Both the position numbers and the translations under genes were made by a program. A stretch of DNA of 64,000 nucleotides from the NCBI GenBank assembly GCA_964016885.1, contig OZ024740.1, positions 26,164,001 to 26,228,000 on the forward strand, read 5' to 3'. Positions 61,144 to 64,000 of the stretch are shown one piece after another (the first letter of the stretch is position 1; every line of letters begins with the position of its first letter). Origin of the DNA: Eledone cirrhosa (lineage: Eukaryota). Below the pieces are notes generated by a model. It saw only the letters and a program-made list of their open reading frames with translations. It did not search any database and was not told the origin of the DNA.

Positions 61144-64000
61144 TTGATAAGATGAGGTAGGTAGTGGTGGTTGTTATGGTAATTGATAAGATGAGTTAGG
61201 TAGCGGTGGTTCTTATTGTGATTGTTAAGATGAGGTAGTTAGTTCTGGTTGTAATGGTGATTGTTAAGATGAGGTAGTTAGTGGTGGTTGTTATGGTGAT
61301 TGTTAAGATGAGGTAGGTAGTGGTGGTTGTTATGGTGATTGTTAAGATGAGGTAGGTAGTGGTGGTTGTTATGGTGATTGTTAAGATAAGGTAGGTATTG
61401 GTGGTTGTTATGTTGATTGTTAAGATGTGGTAAGTAGTGGTGGTTGTTATTGTGATTGTGAAAATAAGGTATGTAGTGGTAGTTGTTATGGTGATTGTTA
61501 AGATGAGGTAGGTAGTGGGTGTTGTTATGGTGATTGTTAAGATGAGGTAATTAGTGGTGGTTGTTATGGTGATTGTGAAAATAAGGTATTTAGTGTCGTT
61601 GTTATGGTGATTTTTAAGATGAGGTAGGTAGTGGTGGTTGTTATGGTGATTGTTAAGATGAGGTAGGTAGTGATGGTTGTTATGGTGATTGATAAGATGA
61701 GGTAGGTAGTGGGGGTTGTTATGGTGATTGATAAGATGAGTTAGGTAGCGGTGGTTCTTATTGTGATTGTTAAGATGAGGTAGTTAGTGCTGGTTGTAAT
61801 GGTGATTGTTAAGATGAGGTAGTTAGTGGTGGTTGTTATGGTGATTGTTAAGATGAGGTAGGTTGTGGTGGTTGTTATGGTGATTTTTAAGATGAGGTAG
61901 GTAGTGGTTGTTGTTATGATGATTGTTATGATGAGGTAGTTAGTGGTGGTTTTTTATGGTGATTGTTAAGATGAGCTAGGTCGTGGTGGTTGTTATGGTG
62001 ATTGATAAGATGAGGTAGGTAGTGATGGTTGTTATGGTGATTGTTAAGATGAGGTAGGTATTGGGGGTTATTATGGTGATTGTTAAGATAAGGTAGAAAG
62101 TCGTGGTTGTTCTGGTGATTGTGATGATATGATAGGTAGGGTTGGTTGTTATGGTGAATTTTAAGATAAGGTAGCTAGTGGTGGGTGTTTTGGTGATTGT
62201 TAAGATGAGGTATGTACTCGTGGTTGTTATGGTGATTATTAAGATGAAGTAGTTAATGTTGGTTGTTATGGTGATTGTTAAGATAAGGTACGTAGTGGTG
62301 GTAGTTATGGTGATTGTGAAAATAAGGTATGTAGTGGTGGTTGTTATGGTGATTGTTAAGATGAGGTAGGTAGTGGTGGTTTTTATGGTGATTGTTAAGA
62401 TGAGGTAGGTAGTGATGGTTGTTATGGTGATTGATAAGATGAGGTAGGTAGTGGTGGCTCTTATTGTGATTGTTAAGATGAGGTAGTTAGTGCTGGTTGT
62501 AATGGTGATTGTTAAGATGAGGTAGTTAGTGGTGGTTGTTATGGTGATTGTTAAGATGAGGTGGTTTGTGGTGGTTGTTATGGTGATTGTTAAGATGAGG
62601 TAGTTAGTGGTGGTTGTTATGGTGATTGTTAAGATGAGGTAGGTAGTGGTGGTTGTTATGGTGATTTTTAAGATGAGGTAGGTAGTGGTGGTTGTTATGG
62701 TGATTGATATAATGAGGTAGGTAGTGGTGGTTGTTATGGTGATTGATAAGATGAGGTAGGTAGTGGTGGTTGTTATGATGATTGATAAGATGAGGTAGGT
62801 AGTTGTGGTTGTTATGGTGATTGTTAAGCTGAGGTAGGTAGTGGTGGTTGTTATGGTGATTGTTAAGATGAGGTAGGTAGTGGTGGTTGTTATGGTGATT
62901 GATTAGATGAGGTAGGTAGTGGCAGTTGTTATGGTGATTGTGATGATAAGGTATGTAATAGTGGTTGTTACGGTGATTGTTAAGCTAAGGTAGGTAGTAC
63001 TGGTTGTTATGGTGATTGTTAAGATAAGTTAGGTAGTGGTGGTTGTTATGGTGATTGTTAAGATGAGGTAGGTAGTAGTGGTTGTTATGGTGATTGTTAA
63101 GATAAGGTAGGTAGTGGTGTTTGTTATGGTGAATGTTAAGATGAGTTAGGCAGCGTTGGTTCTTATGGTGATTTTTAAGATGAAGTAGGTAGTGGTTGTT
63201 GTTATGATGATTGTTATGATAAGGTAGTTAGTGGTGGTTTTTTATGGTGATTGTTAAGATGAGCTAGGTAGTGGTGGTTGTTATGGTGATTGTTAATATA
63301 AGGTAGTTAGTGGTGGTTGTTATGGTGATTGTTAAGATGAGGTAGGTAGTGGTGGTTGTTATGGTGATTGATAAGATGAGGTAGGTAGTGGTGGTTGTTA
63401 TGGTGATTGATAAGATGAATTAGCTATTGGTGGTTGTTATGGTGATTGTTAAGATGAGGTAGGTAGTGGTGGTTGTTTTGATGATTGTTAAGATGTGGTA
63501 GGTAATGGTGGTTCTTATCGTGATTGTTAAGATGTGGTAGGTAGTGGTGGTTGTTATGGTGATTGATAAATTGAGGTAGGTAGTGGGGCTTGTTATGGTG
63601 ATTGTTAAGATAAGGTAGGTAGTGGTGGTTGTTATGGTGATTGTTAAGATGAGGTAGGTAGTGATGGTTGTTATGGTGATTGATAAGATGAGGTAGGTAG
63701 TGGTGTTTGTTATGGTGATTGATAAGATGAGGTAGGTAGTGGTGGTTGTTTTGATGATTGTTAAGATGAGGTAGGTAATGGTGGTTCTTAAGGTGATTGT
63801 TAACATGTGGTAGGTAGTGGTGGTTGTTATGGTGATTGATAAATTGAGGAAGGTAGTGGGGCTTGTTATGGTCATTGTTAAGATGAGGTAGGTAGTGGTG
63901 GTTTTTATGGTGATTGTTAAGATGAGGTAGGTAGTGATGGTTGTTATGGTGATTGATAAGATGAGGTAGGTAGTGGTGGTTGTTATGGTGATTGATAAGA

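Larger units (their letters stand above)
3560..64000 (+). repeat. 39-bp satellite DNA array, ~60.4 kb, ~1,550 monomers, single orientation, continues past the right edge
   Basis: Consensus GTTATGGTGATTGTTAAGATGAGGTAGGTAGTGGTGGTT (16 G, 15 T, 8 A, 0 C) repeats head-to-tail, typically with 0-4 substitutions per monomer. There is a recurrent 27-bp deletion monomer and occasional 1-3 bp indels. I saw no insertion of foreign sequence and no inversion. Confidence 0.99.

Noticed and set aside
5930-63875. Dozens of minus-strand Thr/Ile-rich ORFs (TTTTYLILTITIT repeats), up to 271 aa
   Set aside because: 39 bp is 13 codons and one minus frame is stop-free by consensus. Starts come from rare CAT or alternative-start variants, and stops from GAGCTAGG or TTTAGAT variants. 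Frameshifting 1-2 bp indels have been propagated through the array, which argues against coding constraint.
2341-64000. CRISPR array or other repeat-spacer system
   Set aside because: Both arrays are head-to-tail tandem repeats with no unique spacers, no leader and no cas genes, and the context is eukaryotic (LINE, SINE-like, MITE). The adjacent RT/nuclease is a dead retrotransposon with no evident link to the arrays.
3560-64000. True telomeric repeat tract
   Set aside because: TTAGGG and TTAGG occur only as isolated variants. There is no tandem short telomerase-type repeat, and the period is 39 bp.

Overview
This is eukaryotic, repeat-dominated DNA, and I can support no intact gene. 1-1443 is the decayed 3' half of a non-LTR retrotransposon with a restriction-like endonuclease (R4/Dong-like: RT C-terminus, CCHC knuckle, RHD, PD..D nuclease, 3' UTR, A12 tail). 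About 1444-2310 is a patchwork: a probable opposite-strand retroelement 3' end, two degenerate SINE-like fragments and a ~65-bp Tc1/mariner-type MITE. The SINE-like motifs resemble ones I recall from Octopus genomes, which is unverified. 2341-3357 is a 14-copy 72/75-bp C/A-rich minisatellite holding a 388-aa Thr-rich ORF of doubtful status. After a ~200-bp hinge where strand composition flips, ~3560-64000 is one uninterrupted G/T-rich 39-bp satellite (~1,550 monomers, consensus GTTATGGTGATTGTTAAGATGAGGTAGGTAGTGGTGGTT) that runs off the window end. The satellite has nested higher-order structure (300, 534, 581, 1062, ~1.5-1.6 kb, 3064, 3471, 4122 and 5.5-6.8 kb periods), zoned variant families, and an ancestral monomer order shared between sites 36 kb apart. 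The Thr/Ile-rich ORFs in the track are by-products of the repeat. I see no evidence of a new gene system; the notable signals are architectural. Coordinates and counts were made by eye and may be off by a few bases.
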